From the IMG/VR virus record IMGVR_UViG_2619619029_000002, positions 1 to 64,000 of that record: a stretch of DNA of 64,000 nt; one strand, 5' to 3'. Under the pieces are notes generated by a model. That model was not told the DNA's origin. It saw only the letters and a program-made list of their open reading frames with translations, and made no database searches. Below are positions 26,052-35,527 of the stretch, one piece after another. A program made the position numbers and the translations under genes. Numbering within the stretch: position 1 is the stretch's first letter; every line of letters begins with the position of its first letter. This DNA comes from a virus. Its lineage: Duplodnaviria > Caudoviricetes.

Positions 26052-26630
26052 TCAGCGGAACGCCGACGAGTCTCCCCACTCCGTCACAGGGACGAAGCGC
26101 AGCCCTTCCGGCAGCGGCGACAGGGCGAGTACCCGCTCGACCACCGTCCGGTGAAATACGTGGACCACGGACTCGGCGAGGCGAAAGACCAGGCGCTCTT
26201 CGAGAGGAGTCTCGCCAAGCACCGCTTCATCCAGGAAGAGCTTGTCGAGGCTCAGCAGAGTCAATCCGCTCCGGGAGGTCTCAAAAATGGAGCGATTCCG
26301 GTCCATGCAGCGAATCGACCGCCACATGTGAACCAGCCAGTAGCGCAGCACAAAGTCCCCGACCTGAACGTCTGCGGGGACGAGCTGGACGCCGTGGAGG
26401 TCGACAGCCTCCAACGCCTCCTTCACCCTGGTGGAGACGACTGGCGCTGGCAGACTGTGGTGGTCCACCATGACCGGCCTGGGCGGAATGGGCTCCCCTA
26501 GCTTGAGCCTCACCGGCTCGTGGACCACAACGGGCGCGGGCTTGAGAAAGGGGAGGTACTCCTGGTCCCACGTCAGCAGCGGGTGCTGCTGGGACCGAGC
26601 GCGCATGAGGACGCAGTAGTCGTCTTGCAT
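26052..26630 (-). CDS. Imm11/DUF1629-like immunity protein
   Basis: D…LPAPVVS.RVKEALEA…GVQLVP…YWLVH…I.CMD..RS pattern; 3 bp downstream of the AHH gene. Confidence 0.8.
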   Translation of the reverse strand: MQDDYCVLMRARSQQHPLLTWDQEYLPFLKPAPVVVHEPVRLKLGEPIPPRPVMVDHHSLPAPVVSTRVKEALEAVDLHGVQLVPADVQVGDFVLRYWLVHMWRSIRCMDRNRSIFETSRSGLTLLSLDKLFLDEAVLGETPLEERLVFRLAESVVHVFHRTVVERVLALSPLPEGLRFVPVTEWGDSSAFR

Positions 26631-26633
26631 GGC

Positions 26634-27416
26634 CTACTCCCCCACCTGGAGAGGACGCCGCGCCAGCGCGGCACCGGTGTCACCATGACGTGTTCCATGC
26701 TTTCGGCCGCGCGGACACGCGCGTCGCGGCTTGTCCTGGATGCTCTCAACTCCAGCACAGCCGCTCCCCCCAGGTTGGTAGTCCAGCCCATCGGTCGTGA
26801 GCGTCCATTGGCCAGCAGCCACCTTCCGAAGAATCAATTGGCTCACATCGTCCAACTCAGCCGTCAGCCCGGCGGGGTTGGGGCAGAAGGCGCCACCAGC
26901 AGCCACCTGCGCAACGTGCGCAAGCAACCGCTTGACCGCTTCCGGATAGGCCAAGTCCATGTCGAAGGCCCACCCACCCGAGTGGGGACCGATGTGGATG
27001 GGGACATGGAGCTCGCACGCCACAGTCATGACCATGGGCAGCATGACGCCATTCTCGCGCCGGTTGATGTCGTAGCCGAAGTCACGGCAGAAGCGTGCCC
27101 ACTGTTCGTCATCCGCCATGGCCTCCGAGCAGATGAGGTGGTGAGCCGCGATGGACCAGCGCCCTGTATACCAGGGGTGCTCCTTCGATTTGCGGCCCGC
27201 GAGGATGTTCCCACGTAACTCGGTGGGGTTCCCCAGGTGGTCGCCCCATCGCCTTGCGAGCGTGTGCCACGGCCCCCCGCAGTACTCGCAAGGTGGCAAG
27301 TCCAAATGCTGCGGCCATTCCTTGGGCTCGGAACCGAACGGCCGAAGAGGTACGCAACGAGAGATGGCGGGCATGCCCGGAAGCACACACCCAGCGCGCC
27401 GACTATTGAATGGCAC
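26634..27416 (-). CDS. AHH-family HNH/EndoVII nuclease toxin
   Basis: IAAHHLI…GYDINRRENGVMLP…H.G.H. Start uncertain (ATG at 27374 is possible). Confidence 0.85.
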   Translation of the reverse strand: MPFNSRRAGCVLPGMPAISRCVPLRPFGSEPKEWPQHLDLPPCEYCGGPWHTLARRWGDHLGNPTELRGNILAGRKSKEHPWYTGRWSIAAHHLICSEAMADDEQWARFCRDFGYDINRRENGVMLPMVMTVACELHVPIHIGPHSGGWAFDMDLAYPEAVKRLLAHVAQVAAGGAFCPNPAGLTAELDDVSQLILRKVAAGQWTLTTDGLDYQPGGSGCAGVESIQDKPRRACPRGRKHGTRHGDTGAALARRPLQVGE

Positions 27417-27459
27417 GCGAGCGCAGGCGAACGCGCACTTTCCTACAGGACACCGCAGC

Positions 27460-27870
27460 TCACGTACCGGCGCCGATGCTCTCGCGCTGCCTCACCGCGC
27501 GGAGGAACTGCAAGAGAGGAGTCGGCGCCCCCAGCACCTCGAGGATTTCCTCCCGAGTGGCGAAGCCGCGCAGGTGGATGCCGTTGAGGCACCCGTCGCA
27601 GATGAAGTCAGCGTCCGTGGCGAGCCCCCACGCCGCGCGTGTCGCCGGCGGCACCATGGACACGTCCGCCATCATGTCCGCCTGCTGCCGCCGCCCGCAT
27701 GGGCATGGCCGCAATGGGTTCTCCGGCTCCTCCACCTCCGTGGGCCGCAGAATCTCACCGGCTGGCCCGCGCGCTGGCTCGCCCGTCATGGCGCGGATAG
27801 ACGCGGGCGCCGAGCGGGTACGCCGAGCGTCGAGGTGGTCCTTCAGCGTCTTCAGCTTCCACAGTGTCAT
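27460..27870 (-). CDS. Hypothetical tail-associated protein
   Basis: ATGA overlap with the tail fibre stop; CPC…CDGC. Confidence 0.65.
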   Translation of the reverse strand: MTLWKLKTLKDHLDARRTRSAPASIRAMTGEPARGPAGEILRPTEVEEPENPLRPCPCGRRQQADMMADVSMVPPATRAAWGLATDADFICDGCLNGIHLRGFATREEILEVLGAPTPLLQFLRAVRQRESIGAGT

Positions 27871-29771
27871 GCGTCCAGGGCCTCCCAATAGAGCATGTCG
27901 CCCACGTCCGGCGTCTTCGAGGCGTATTGGTCCGTCGAGGTGCTGTAGGTGACGCCCGCCCCAGCATCCACGCTGGAGTGCCAGACGTGCGCGGTGGGAT
28001 GGTTACTTCCCGGCGGCACGGACACGGACTTGATGCGCAGGCGCAGCCGGTCCGCTGCGCCCAGGCCCGGAGCCGCCGCCGTCAGTACCTCGCCGATGTG
28101 CGTGTTCACGGACTGCACCCAGTTGACGGTGTTGTTGTTGGAGTTGGCCCACAGGGTGGTTGTCGCGCGTTCCACCCAGGACTGCCCCACGTCCAGGCTG
28201 TCCAGCGCCACGACGATGCTTCCCTGGGCGGAGCCCGGCTCCCAGCTCCCGCCCGCCCCCATCTCGCCTGTGCGCGGGGGCGTCAGCAGGTAGATGGTGG
28301 CAGTGAAACGGAGCGCGTACTGGTCGTTCGTCGCCGGGGCGTTGCTGAGCACCACCTCCACCGTGGAGCCGATGCCGGTGGCGAGGTTGGCCGAGCTGGC
28401 GGGGTTGTTCGTCCGGGCCGTGACGATGCCGCCGCGCTGGCGCAGCCGAGCGCGCAGCGTGAAGCCACTGCCCCCATTCATGATTGCCTGGGTGTCATCG
28501 TACGTCGGCAGCGCCGCGTTGTAGGTCCCCGTCTCGCTGCCGCTGCCCGTCGCCCCCCACTTCGCCCGCGGCTCGTGCGTCAGGCCGCCGCGCAACAACA
28601 CCATGGGCGTGTTTTGAAACGGGGGGTTGAAGGCCACATAGGCCCCGTGCGCGGCGAGCTGCGCTTGGCGCCCCTTGGCGATGGTACGCGGCGCCCCACT
28701 CCCATCGGAGATGCCCACGTTGTAGCTGATGCTCCCGTCCGGGTTGAGAGCCGTGTACACGCGCGGGGTTGCGGACTCATCGAAGACGTCCACCACTGCG
28801 GAGTCGAAATCCGTCACGCCGTTGCCCGCGTCCAGGTTGGCGATGAGCACCAGGGACACGTACCGCGTGGCCTGGTGCATGGGCCGGGGGTTGCGCGGGT
28901 CCTGCGAGGGCCAGTTCTCCGTGACGTTGGCGGACAGCCCCTTCACCCAGCCCGCGAATTCGCTGTACCCGGTGGACGCCGGCAGCACCGCCCCGGAGAT
29001 GCAGTAGTAGTGCTGGCTGCCCAAGTCATTGAGGCCGGCCGCGTTCACCATGGTGACGCCGTCCGCCGCCCACCCGACGAGGCCGCAGTACACCGCCTTC
29101 CCGCCGGACGTGGGCTCCTGAAACTGCCGCACGCGGCAGCGCAGGCGGTACAGCTTCGACGGGTCGTACGGCAGCTTCACCGTGGAGTAAATCCACACCG
29201 CGTTGGTGCACCGCAGGGCGTTGCCACCGGAATAGCCCTGGCCGGAAACGAGGGACGCTGCCGGCGGCGGCAGGAGGGGGTTGCGCTCCCAGTTGCCCAA
29301 GTCGAAGGGCGAGCGCTCGAAGGACTCGGTGAATGCGCCCACGGCATTCCGGGAGGCCTCCTGTGCGGCCGCAGCGGGGACATTCTTCAAGTTCGCGGTG
29401 GCCAACTTCACCATGTCGGGGTCCGCCACCACCGCGCCCCCGAGGACGCGCCAGTCGCTCTGCGTGCCGTTGGAGTACAGGGCCTGGACGGCGCACTTCA
29501 CCTCCACCGTGGAGGCCAGGCGCAGCGACACCACCGCGCGGCGCTCAGAGGGGCCCACGCGCACCGGCTCCAGGAGGTAGGTGTCCGTATTGTTGGGGTC
29601 GTCCCCCTCGTAGACGGCCACGCTGAAGCCCAGCAGGAGGTGCGCGGGCAGCGTCTCCACGTGCTCCCAGCGAATGTCAAAGTGCCGCGGCCGAAGCACG
29701 CGCGGGTTCGGCTCGCCCGGCGTGACGTCCACGTCGATGCCGCCCTGCAACTCTTTTTCGCGTGAGCGCAT
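27867..29771 (-). CDS. Tail fibre / receptor-binding protein (FN3-like + carbohydrate-binding-like domains)
   Basis: Beta-rich, follows gpJ; YDPSKLYRLRCRVRQ…VSLVLIAN CBM-like segment. Confidence 0.7.
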   Translation of the reverse strand: MRSREKELQGGIDVDVTPGEPNPRVLRPRHFDIRWEHVETLPAHLLLGFSVAVYEGDDPNNTDTYLLEPVRVGPSERRAVVSLRLASTVEVKCAVQALYSNGTQSDWRVLGGAVVADPDMVKLATANLKNVPAAAAQEASRNAVGAFTESFERSPFDLGNWERNPLLPPPAASLVSGQGYSGGNALRCTNAVWIYSTVKLPYDPSKLYRLRCRVRQFQEPTSGGKAVYCGLVGWAADGVTMVNAAGLNDLGSQHYYCISGAVLPASTGYSEFAGWVKGLSANVTENWPSQDPRNPRPMHQATRYVSLVLIANLDAGNGVTDFDSAVVDVFDESATPRVYTALNPDGSISYNVGISDGSGAPRTIAKGRQAQLAAHGAYVAFNPPFQNTPMVLLRGGLTHEPRAKWGATGSGSETGTYNAALPTYDDTQAIMNGGSGFTLRARLRQRGGIVTARTNNPASSANLATGIGSTVEVVLSNAPATNDQYALRFTATIYLLTPPRTGEMGAGGSWEPGSAQGSIVVALDSLDVGQSWVERATTTLWANSNNNTVNWVQSVNTHIGEVLTAAAPGLGAADRLRLRIKSVSVPPGSNHPTAHVWHSSVDAGAGVTYSTSTDQYASKTPDVGDMLYWEALDA

Positions 29772-29780
29772 GCTTTGTCT

Positions 29781-32297
29781 CTACGGTGGAGGGGTGGAGG
29801 AAACCGTCATGGTGACGGACGCGGGGGTGGTGGGCGCCGCGCGCACGGTGACGGTGGTGTCGTTGGTGGAGTAGTTGCCCGTGGTGTCGATGGCCTTTAC
29901 CCGCACCACGTGGTCTGCAGGCCCAGGCACGGGCCACTCGTGCGCGGTGGCGCGTACCTTGGAGATGAAGGTGGCCGAGGCCCAATCCGCCCCGCCGTAG
30001 CGCAACTCGTAGGTGTCGCGGTCCAGGTCCGGAATCTCGCTCCACCGCAGCGTGGCCGTGTTGCCGTTGAGGGTGTAGCCGAGTCCCTGCACGTCCGAGG
30101 GCGGCGCCAGCTTGCCTTGCACGTTGAGCGAGGCCTCGGCGTAGGCGGTAACGAAGCCGTTGAGGACAGCCGCCACCTGTACGGAGTACGCGCCCGGGTT
30201 GATGTCGCGTAGCTCCCAGAAGTGCGTCTGCACCCCCGTCACCGTCGTCCAATTACCCCCGTCCACGCGCCAGCGCACCACGTACTCGGTGGCGCTGGGG
30301 CGCTGCGCCCAGCGGGCGTTGAGGGACACCTTCACCCCGCCATTCGTCGTCTTGTAGAGGCTCTCCCCCAGCACGAGGTCCGCGGGTGGCGCCGAGGAAG
30401 GCAGCACGGAGGTGGGCACCGGCTGCAACTTCACGCCGAGCTCCACCTCGTCGTACTTCCCCGGGTGGTGGCGCAGCGCCGTGACTTCGTAGAGGTGCGG
30501 CTCGACTTCGGCCACGCTGAGAATCCGCCACGTCGTGGGCGCCAAGTCGGACGCCGCGAGCACCCAGACGGCATTCCGGGCGGGCGCCACGGGGAACGGC
30601 GTGGCGACGGTGAGGGCCCGGTACGGCGCCGGCGCCGCGGGCGCCAGCTCGCGCTCCACCGCCGTCCCGTCCGGCATCACCACAGAGAGGGAGTACGTCT
30701 TCCCCGCCTCCAGGGTGACGTCCGCGTCCAGCTCTACCTGGGTGGCAGTGGCGGCCACCACGCGGCCGCCCCAGCGGCGCCCGGCCCGGTACGGGTCCTG
30801 AAGCTTCACCACCGCGCCGGGGTTGCGCAGGGCGCCCTCGAGTCCCGTCCGGAACACCACCGTCTCCGTCTCCAGCCTTTCGGTGAAGAGGAGCCACCGG
30901 CCCACCCGCTGCGCCTGGCCGCGCGAGGTGCACCCCAGCGCCACCACCTCGGTGGGGTTGTAGCCGTACTCGAGCAGGCCTTCCTCGTCCGTCACGTACT
31001 CCTTCGCCGACTTGTAGTGGTTGGCCGGGTCGTTCCACGTCACCAACGCGACGGTGTGCCGCGCGCGCCGGCCGCTGCTGGAGTACGTGAAGAGTCCGTC
31101 CACCACGTTGGCCGGGGTGAAGAGGTACTCGGCGTCCCGGGGTGCGTCCTGGGCCACGTACACCGCCCCGCTGGCCCAGTACGTCAGGCTGCGGAAGACG
31201 GAGGCGAGGTTGTTCACCACCTGGTACGCGTCCGCCTGCGACTGGAGGTAGAGGTTGCAGCGGAAGCGCGGCTCCTGGCCGCCCTTCCCGTCCGGCACCA
31301 ACTCGTCGCAGTAGCGGCCGATGGTGTACAGCCCCCACTTGTCGACGTGGGACTCGTTGAGGAAGCGCCCCAAGCCGTAGCGCTTCGTCGTCAGCAAGTC
31401 GTAGAAGCACCACGCAGGGTTGTCCGTCCACTCCACCTTGAAGGTGCCGTCCCAGGTGCCCGAGTACTCCCGCGTCAGCGGGTTGTAGTTGCTGGGCACC
31501 CGCACCTTCAGCCCCCGAATCCGGTACGAGCGCGTGGGCACCGTCTGAAACTGGTGCGCGGACACCTGGAGGGCGACCAGCGCGCTGTTGGGGTAGCTGA
31601 GCTTCTCGTCGATGAGGGTGGCGTAGGACTTCCACAGCGTCTTGTCCTGCAGGTTGGCCTGCGTGCTGTCCGCGGTGAGGCGCCGCACGCGGATGTCCCA
31701 CGGCGCGCTGCCGGTGAGCTCCACGCGGTACGTCCGCTCGTAGGGGCTGGTGCACTTGCCGGCGATGACTCCCGCCCCCTCGAGGTCCTGCTCAACGTAG
31801 CCGCCGCCGTTGCTCTGCACGTCGATGGCGATGTGCACCAAGGACGGCATCAGGTCGCCGGTGAGCGCACTCTGGAAGGTGAGCTGCGGCACCTGCACGG
31901 TGATGCGCACCGCGTCCACGTTGGCGTCGCTGACGGTGCGGACGACGGGCGCGTTGCGCTTCACCTCGGTGTTGACGGAGAACTCCGCCTCCGCCGACGG
32001 AAAGCCGGGGATGTACTCCTGCCCCTGCGTCCCCTGCACGTCGTAGAGGGTGACGTCACGGAAGTTGTAGGTGTCGTTGGGATTCTGGACGACGACGCCG
32101 TCCAGGTAGACGGACTTCAGCTTGTCCACGAGCCCGACGATTTCCCCCTCGCAAAGCAAGTCCAGCACGCGGGCGTAGTTGGTGGACTTCAGCGTGTCCG
32201 GGAGCTCCACGGGCGTGCGCTGCGCGCCGCCACCGCCCTTGCCCCCATTCGCCCCGCCGTAGCCGATGAGGGGGGCCAGCTCAGATTTCGACTTCAT
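29781..32297 (-). CDS. Central tail fibre / host specificity protein J (lambda gpJ-like)
   Basis: LDLLCEGEIVGL, YPNSAL, WTDNPAWCFYDLLT.KRYGLG, EPRF.CN and FTPANVVDG.F.YS motifs. Confidence 0.95.
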   Translation of the reverse strand: MKSKSELAPLIGYGGANGGKGGGGAQRTPVELPDTLKSTNYARVLDLLCEGEIVGLVDKLKSVYLDGVVVQNPNDTYNFRDVTLYDVQGTQGQEYIPGFPSAEAEFSVNTEVKRNAPVVRTVSDANVDAVRITVQVPQLTFQSALTGDLMPSLVHIAIDVQSNGGGYVEQDLEGAGVIAGKCTSPYERTYRVELTGSAPWDIRVRRLTADSTQANLQDKTLWKSYATLIDEKLSYPNSALVALQVSAHQFQTVPTRSYRIRGLKVRVPSNYNPLTREYSGTWDGTFKVEWTDNPAWCFYDLLTTKRYGLGRFLNESHVDKWGLYTIGRYCDELVPDGKGGQEPRFRCNLYLQSQADAYQVVNNLASVFRSLTYWASGAVYVAQDAPRDAEYLFTPANVVDGLFTYSSSGRRARHTVALVTWNDPANHYKSAKEYVTDEEGLLEYGYNPTEVVALGCTSRGQAQRVGRWLLFTERLETETVVFRTGLEGALRNPGAVVKLQDPYRAGRRWGGRVVAATATQVELDADVTLEAGKTYSLSVVMPDGTAVERELAPAAPAPYRALTVATPFPVAPARNAVWVLAASDLAPTTWRILSVAEVEPHLYEVTALRHHPGKYDEVELGVKLQPVPTSVLPSSAPPADLVLGESLYKTTNGGVKVSLNARWAQRPSATEYVVRWRVDGGNWTTVTGVQTHFWELRDINPGAYSVQVAAVLNGFVTAYAEASLNVQGKLAPPSDVQGLGYTLNGNTATLRWSEIPDLDRDTYELRYGGADWASATFISKVRATAHEWPVPGPADHVVRVKAIDTTGNYSTNDTTVTVRAAPTTPASVTMTVSSTPPP

Positions 32298-33354
32298 GCG
32301 GTGCCTCCGGGTCTGCGCGCTTGGCGTTGTGCGAGAGGAAGCTCAGCGTCTGGTACGTGTGCGCGCCGTCCACGGTGATGCGCACCACGGGCCCGCGTCC
32401 GCACGCCGCCACCTCCCGCACCACGCCGGGCTGGGCACCCAGCAGCAGCGCGCCGGGCACCAGGTGCCGCAACTCCACCCAGTCCGCCTCGGTGCGCACG
32501 CGGTGGTTGTACGTGCCCACGAAGGCGCGCCCGTCCTCCAGCTCCAACCGCCAGCACTCCGCCTCCAAGAGGGCCACGTCCGTGACGGGGTACGCGCCCC
32601 ACCGCAGCGTCGTCTCCTGCTGGGTGAGGACGCGCATGCCCACCTCCACCTCGCCGGCGGGCACCTCCCGCCCGTCGGCCAGGAGAATGGGCACCCACGG
32701 CGCCGGGCACCCGCCGCCCGAGGGCCCCTGCCCGCCCGGCCCCGTCTGCCCGCTGCCGTACTTCCCGCCGAAGCCGCCGCCCTCGCTCCACTCGGTGACG
32801 ATGCCTGCGGAGATGACGCAGGAGCCCACCTCCAGCTCGCCGTAGCAGATGGGCACCGGGTGGCCCTGGGCCAGCGTGTTGACGGGCCCGTTGAAGGCGT
32901 AGTTGGGCTTGTTCTTCGGCTCCTCGTCTGGCGCCGCGGGCACAGGCGGGGCGAAGAGCATCTGCGAGACGCCGCCCACCACCAGGGAGGCGCCCATGGT
33001 GATGAGGGGCGTGCCGGCGCCGAAGCCGTAGGCCGAGAGGGCCGCGCCGCCCGCGATGAGGACGGCGCCCAGCACCACCTGGAAGACGCCCTGCTTCGCC
33101 CCGGCCAGCGCCGGCATGACGGTAATGACGGGCGCGTCGGCGGGGCGCGTCAGCTCGTCCTGGCCCACGTCGCGCTTGCCGACAAAGACGTGGAAGCCCG
33201 GCTCGCTGTGCGTCACCAGGTAGCGCGCGAAGCCCTCGCACACCGCAGAGAGAGCGCGCACGGCCTCCGCGGGCGAGGGCACGCTCAAGTCCAACCGCCA
33301 GACGCGGCCGAAGCGCCGGCCCAGCGGACCTCCGAGTACCACCGTCGTCAGCAT
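32281..33354 (-). CDS. Tail assembly protein I (lambda gpI-like) fused to a C-terminal Hint domain
   Basis: G.LGRRFGR…SPAEAVRAL, P.LAGAK.G.FQVVLGAVLI and Y.FNGPVNT.AQG.PVP..YG motifs, then a Hint domain. Confidence 0.93.
   Translation of the reverse strand: MLTTVVLGGPLGRRFGRVWRLDLSVPSPAEAVRALSAVCEGFARYLVTHSEPGFHVFVGKRDVGQDELTRPADAPVITVMPALAGAKQGVFQVVLGAVLIAGGAALSAYGFGAGTPLITMGASLVVGGVSQMLFAPPVPAAPDEEPKNKPNYAFNGPVNTLAQGHPVPICYGELEVGSCVISAGIVTEWSEGGGFGGKYGSGQTGPGGQGPSGGGCPAPWVPILLADGREVPAGEVEVGMRVLTQQETTLRWGAYPVTDVALLEAECWRLELEDGRAFVGTYNHRVRTEADWVELRHLVPGALLLGAQPGVVREVAACGRGPVVRITVDGAHTYQTLSFLSHNAKRADPEAPHEVEI
32326..32709 (-). other. Intein-like Hint (BIL-type) domain within gpI
   Basis: Starts at Cys216 (CPAPWVPILLADG); block B TYNH; block F VVRITVDGAHTY; ends at LSHN (Asn343); the +1 residue is Ala. 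Confidence 0.88.
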
Positions 33355-34079
33355 AGGGCGCGGTGTCGGACTACTTTCCGGGTGATTCGCTCCCAGAAGC
33401 CCGAGTACGTCTCCCTTCCAGAGAGGCGATTCTGGAGGTGGTGGAGGACGACGTCCGCCCCCAAGTAGACGCCCGCGTGGTTGGGCACCGGGGCGCGCAA
33501 TTGCATGAGGAGGACGTCATGCTCGCGCAGCGCCTGGCCGGTGACGTCCACGAAGCCCGCCTGGGCGTACCCCTCCAGGTAGAGGTTGCCGCCCTTGTCC
33601 CACCAGCCGTTCGGCCGGTGGAAGTCGGGCAGCTCAAGGCCCAGCCGCTCCTGGAAGTAGTCGCGGATGAGGGAGAAACAGTCCAGGACGCCGTGGCTGA
33701 AGGGGCGGCCCACCAGCGGCGGCCGGTACCCGGTGGGGTGCCACACCCGCCAGTGGCCCACGGGCACGTTGACGATGAGCCAGGGCAGGCCCCAGCGCTC
33801 CATGCTGACGCGGTCCGCCTCGCTCGGCTCCGGGGCGGCGTTGGGGTGAGAGTGCACCACCGCCACCACCTCCCCTTCCTCCTCCGCTCGTGCGTAGTCC
33901 TCCGGGTGGAGGATGAAGTGGGCTTGCCCCTCGGCCTGGTTACGGCAGGGCACGTACCGCTGCTCCCCGGCGACGGACACCACGAGGCCGCAGGACTCGC
34001 GGGGGAACTCGGTTCGCGCATGGCGCAGCGCTGCTTCGACGACAGCGCCTGAGAGGGAAAGCACGGCTAGAGCGCTCAT
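33348..34079 (-). CDS. Tail tip protein K (JAB/MPN + NlpC/P60)
   Basis: PRESCGL, VHSHP…SEADR, GRPF.HGVLDCF and NHAGVYLG…LHH motifs. Confidence 0.95.
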   Translation of the reverse strand: MSALAVLSLSGAVVEAALRHARTEFPRESCGLVVSVAGEQRYVPCRNQAEGQAHFILHPEDYARAEEEGEVVAVVHSHPNAAPEPSEADRVSMERWGLPWLIVNVPVGHWRVWHPTGYRPPLVGRPFSHGVLDCFSLIRDYFQERLGLELPDFHRPNGWWDKGGNLYLEGYAQAGFVDVTGQALREHDVLLMQLRAPVPNHAGVYLGADVVLHHLQNRLSGRETYSGFWERITRKVVRHRALC

Positions 34080-34135
34080 CCTCCCATGCTGTTTTCCGGC
34101 GGAGGACGCCTTCCGCGTCGGAGCGCAGAAACCAC

Positions 34136-35479
34136 TCAGCTACTCCTTGTTTTCTGCAACGACTCGATTCCTTTCCGGTCAAAACGAATAGACCCACCAG
34201 TCGGCAGAGGGAGCGACACTTCTGCAGACGCCCCAAGAATGGCGGAGGCCAAGCGCTCCGAAGCATCAAGCGGCTCCTCTGATGCCGTATCTGAGCCAAA
34301 GAGCCCTGAACTGAGCCGATCAATCAGAATCGTCGGCGGTTCTGTCCCCTTCTCGGTCTTCCACTCCAGCGCTGTTTCCACTAGCCAACTCGCGCGGTCG
34401 AGATCCAAGCCGAGCCGCTTCAGACGGAACTCCTCAGAGGCATGCTGCTCAAGCCAGCGATTATTCCACTTAATATAAAACACAAGAGCGCTCACAAACC
34501 CCGCCGTCAGCGCAGCCTGCTTCACACCCCAAAACACCCATGCAGCAACAGATATTGGAACACCAGTAACAATCAAGTACACATTCACAACCGATGACAC
34601 GACGGTCAAAACCAGGAGACTACCCGCAAGCCACAAGCTCGCATTCTTGACTGGATTCCTAAGCTCTTTCGTCCCCTCGGTCAGACTGAATTTCTCAGCA
34701 CTGGCCTGCAGCTCCCTTTTCTGGTCCTTCCGAATCTCACGGCGAACGTGGCGAGTGTCGCGGTCATCAATCTCTGCCATCCTTCGCGTGATTTCCTTTT
34801 CTCGCGCTTCCAGGCTGGCCTCGCGCTCCTGAAGCATCGACGCAATTCGATTTCGTTCAACCACATTTGCAACATCAAGTTCATGCCGACGAGCAACATA
34901 CTCTTCTTCAAGCCGTGCGCGCGTCGCAGCAATTCCATCTGCAAGCTTCGCCGCCATCGAGCGCCCAAGCTCTTCCACCTTAAGCAACTCAACTTCACGG
35001 CGCTCCAAGAATTGCTTAGTCTCCCCCAAGCGCCCAAGTTGGCCAACAATGCCATCTCGGGCATCAAGGGCGCGCACTGCCCTCTTAAATGCAGCAACAA
35101 ACGAAACCACTGCGGCAACCACAGCCGGGGACTCCCCAATGTGATTAAACTCGCTCAGACTAACGGTCACGTTATCCAATGCAGTGCCGGCTGCTCGTTG
35201 GATTTGCACCGAAAACTGGCGGTTCCCGTACGCCATGCCGACAGCAAGACTCGTAATTGCCATCGACTCGCTCGGGAGCGAATCCAGAATCAGACGACAT
35301 GTCTTCACAGACTCATCACGCGCTGACAAAGCGGGCCCTATATCCAGCGTCGCGTCGACACTGATGATTCTGAATCCAGACTTCACCACATCAGCTTCCG
35401 AAAATACTCCAAGAATCGCCGACAACAGCCCTTGGTCTGTCTGTCGCACCGCTTGGAACGAGAAGTTTGACCACCCCAT
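34136..35479 (-). CDS. Low-GC moron: coiled-coil + 2-TM membrane protein of unknown function
   Basis: Atypical codon usage; long heptad region; two TM helices, then EEFRLKRLGLDLDRASWLVE. Confidence 0.8.
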   Translation of the reverse strand: MGWSNFSFQAVRQTDQGLLSAILGVFSEADVVKSGFRIISVDATLDIGPALSARDESVKTCRLILDSLPSESMAITSLAVGMAYGNRQFSVQIQRAAGTALDNVTVSLSEFNHIGESPAVVAAVVSFVAAFKRAVRALDARDGIVGQLGRLGETKQFLERREVELLKVEELGRSMAAKLADGIAATRARLEEEYVARRHELDVANVVERNRIASMLQEREASLEAREKEITRRMAEIDDRDTRHVRREIRKDQKRELQASAEKFSLTEGTKELRNPVKNASLWLAGSLLVLTVVSSVVNVYLIVTGVPISVAAWVFWGVKQAALTAGFVSALVFYIKWNNRWLEQHASEEFRLKRLGLDLDRASWLVETALEWKTEKGTEPPTILIDRLSSGLFGSDTASEEPLDASERLASAILGASAEVSLPLPTGGSIRFDRKGIESLQKTRSS

Positions 35480-35527
35480 TAGACAACCCCCTTGTCGAGT
35501 CAACTAGCCAGCCGAGCCGACACTATC

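Noticed and set aside
27867-29771. Diversity-generating retroelement target
   Set aside because: No reverse transcriptase and no TR/VR duplicate seen in the window.
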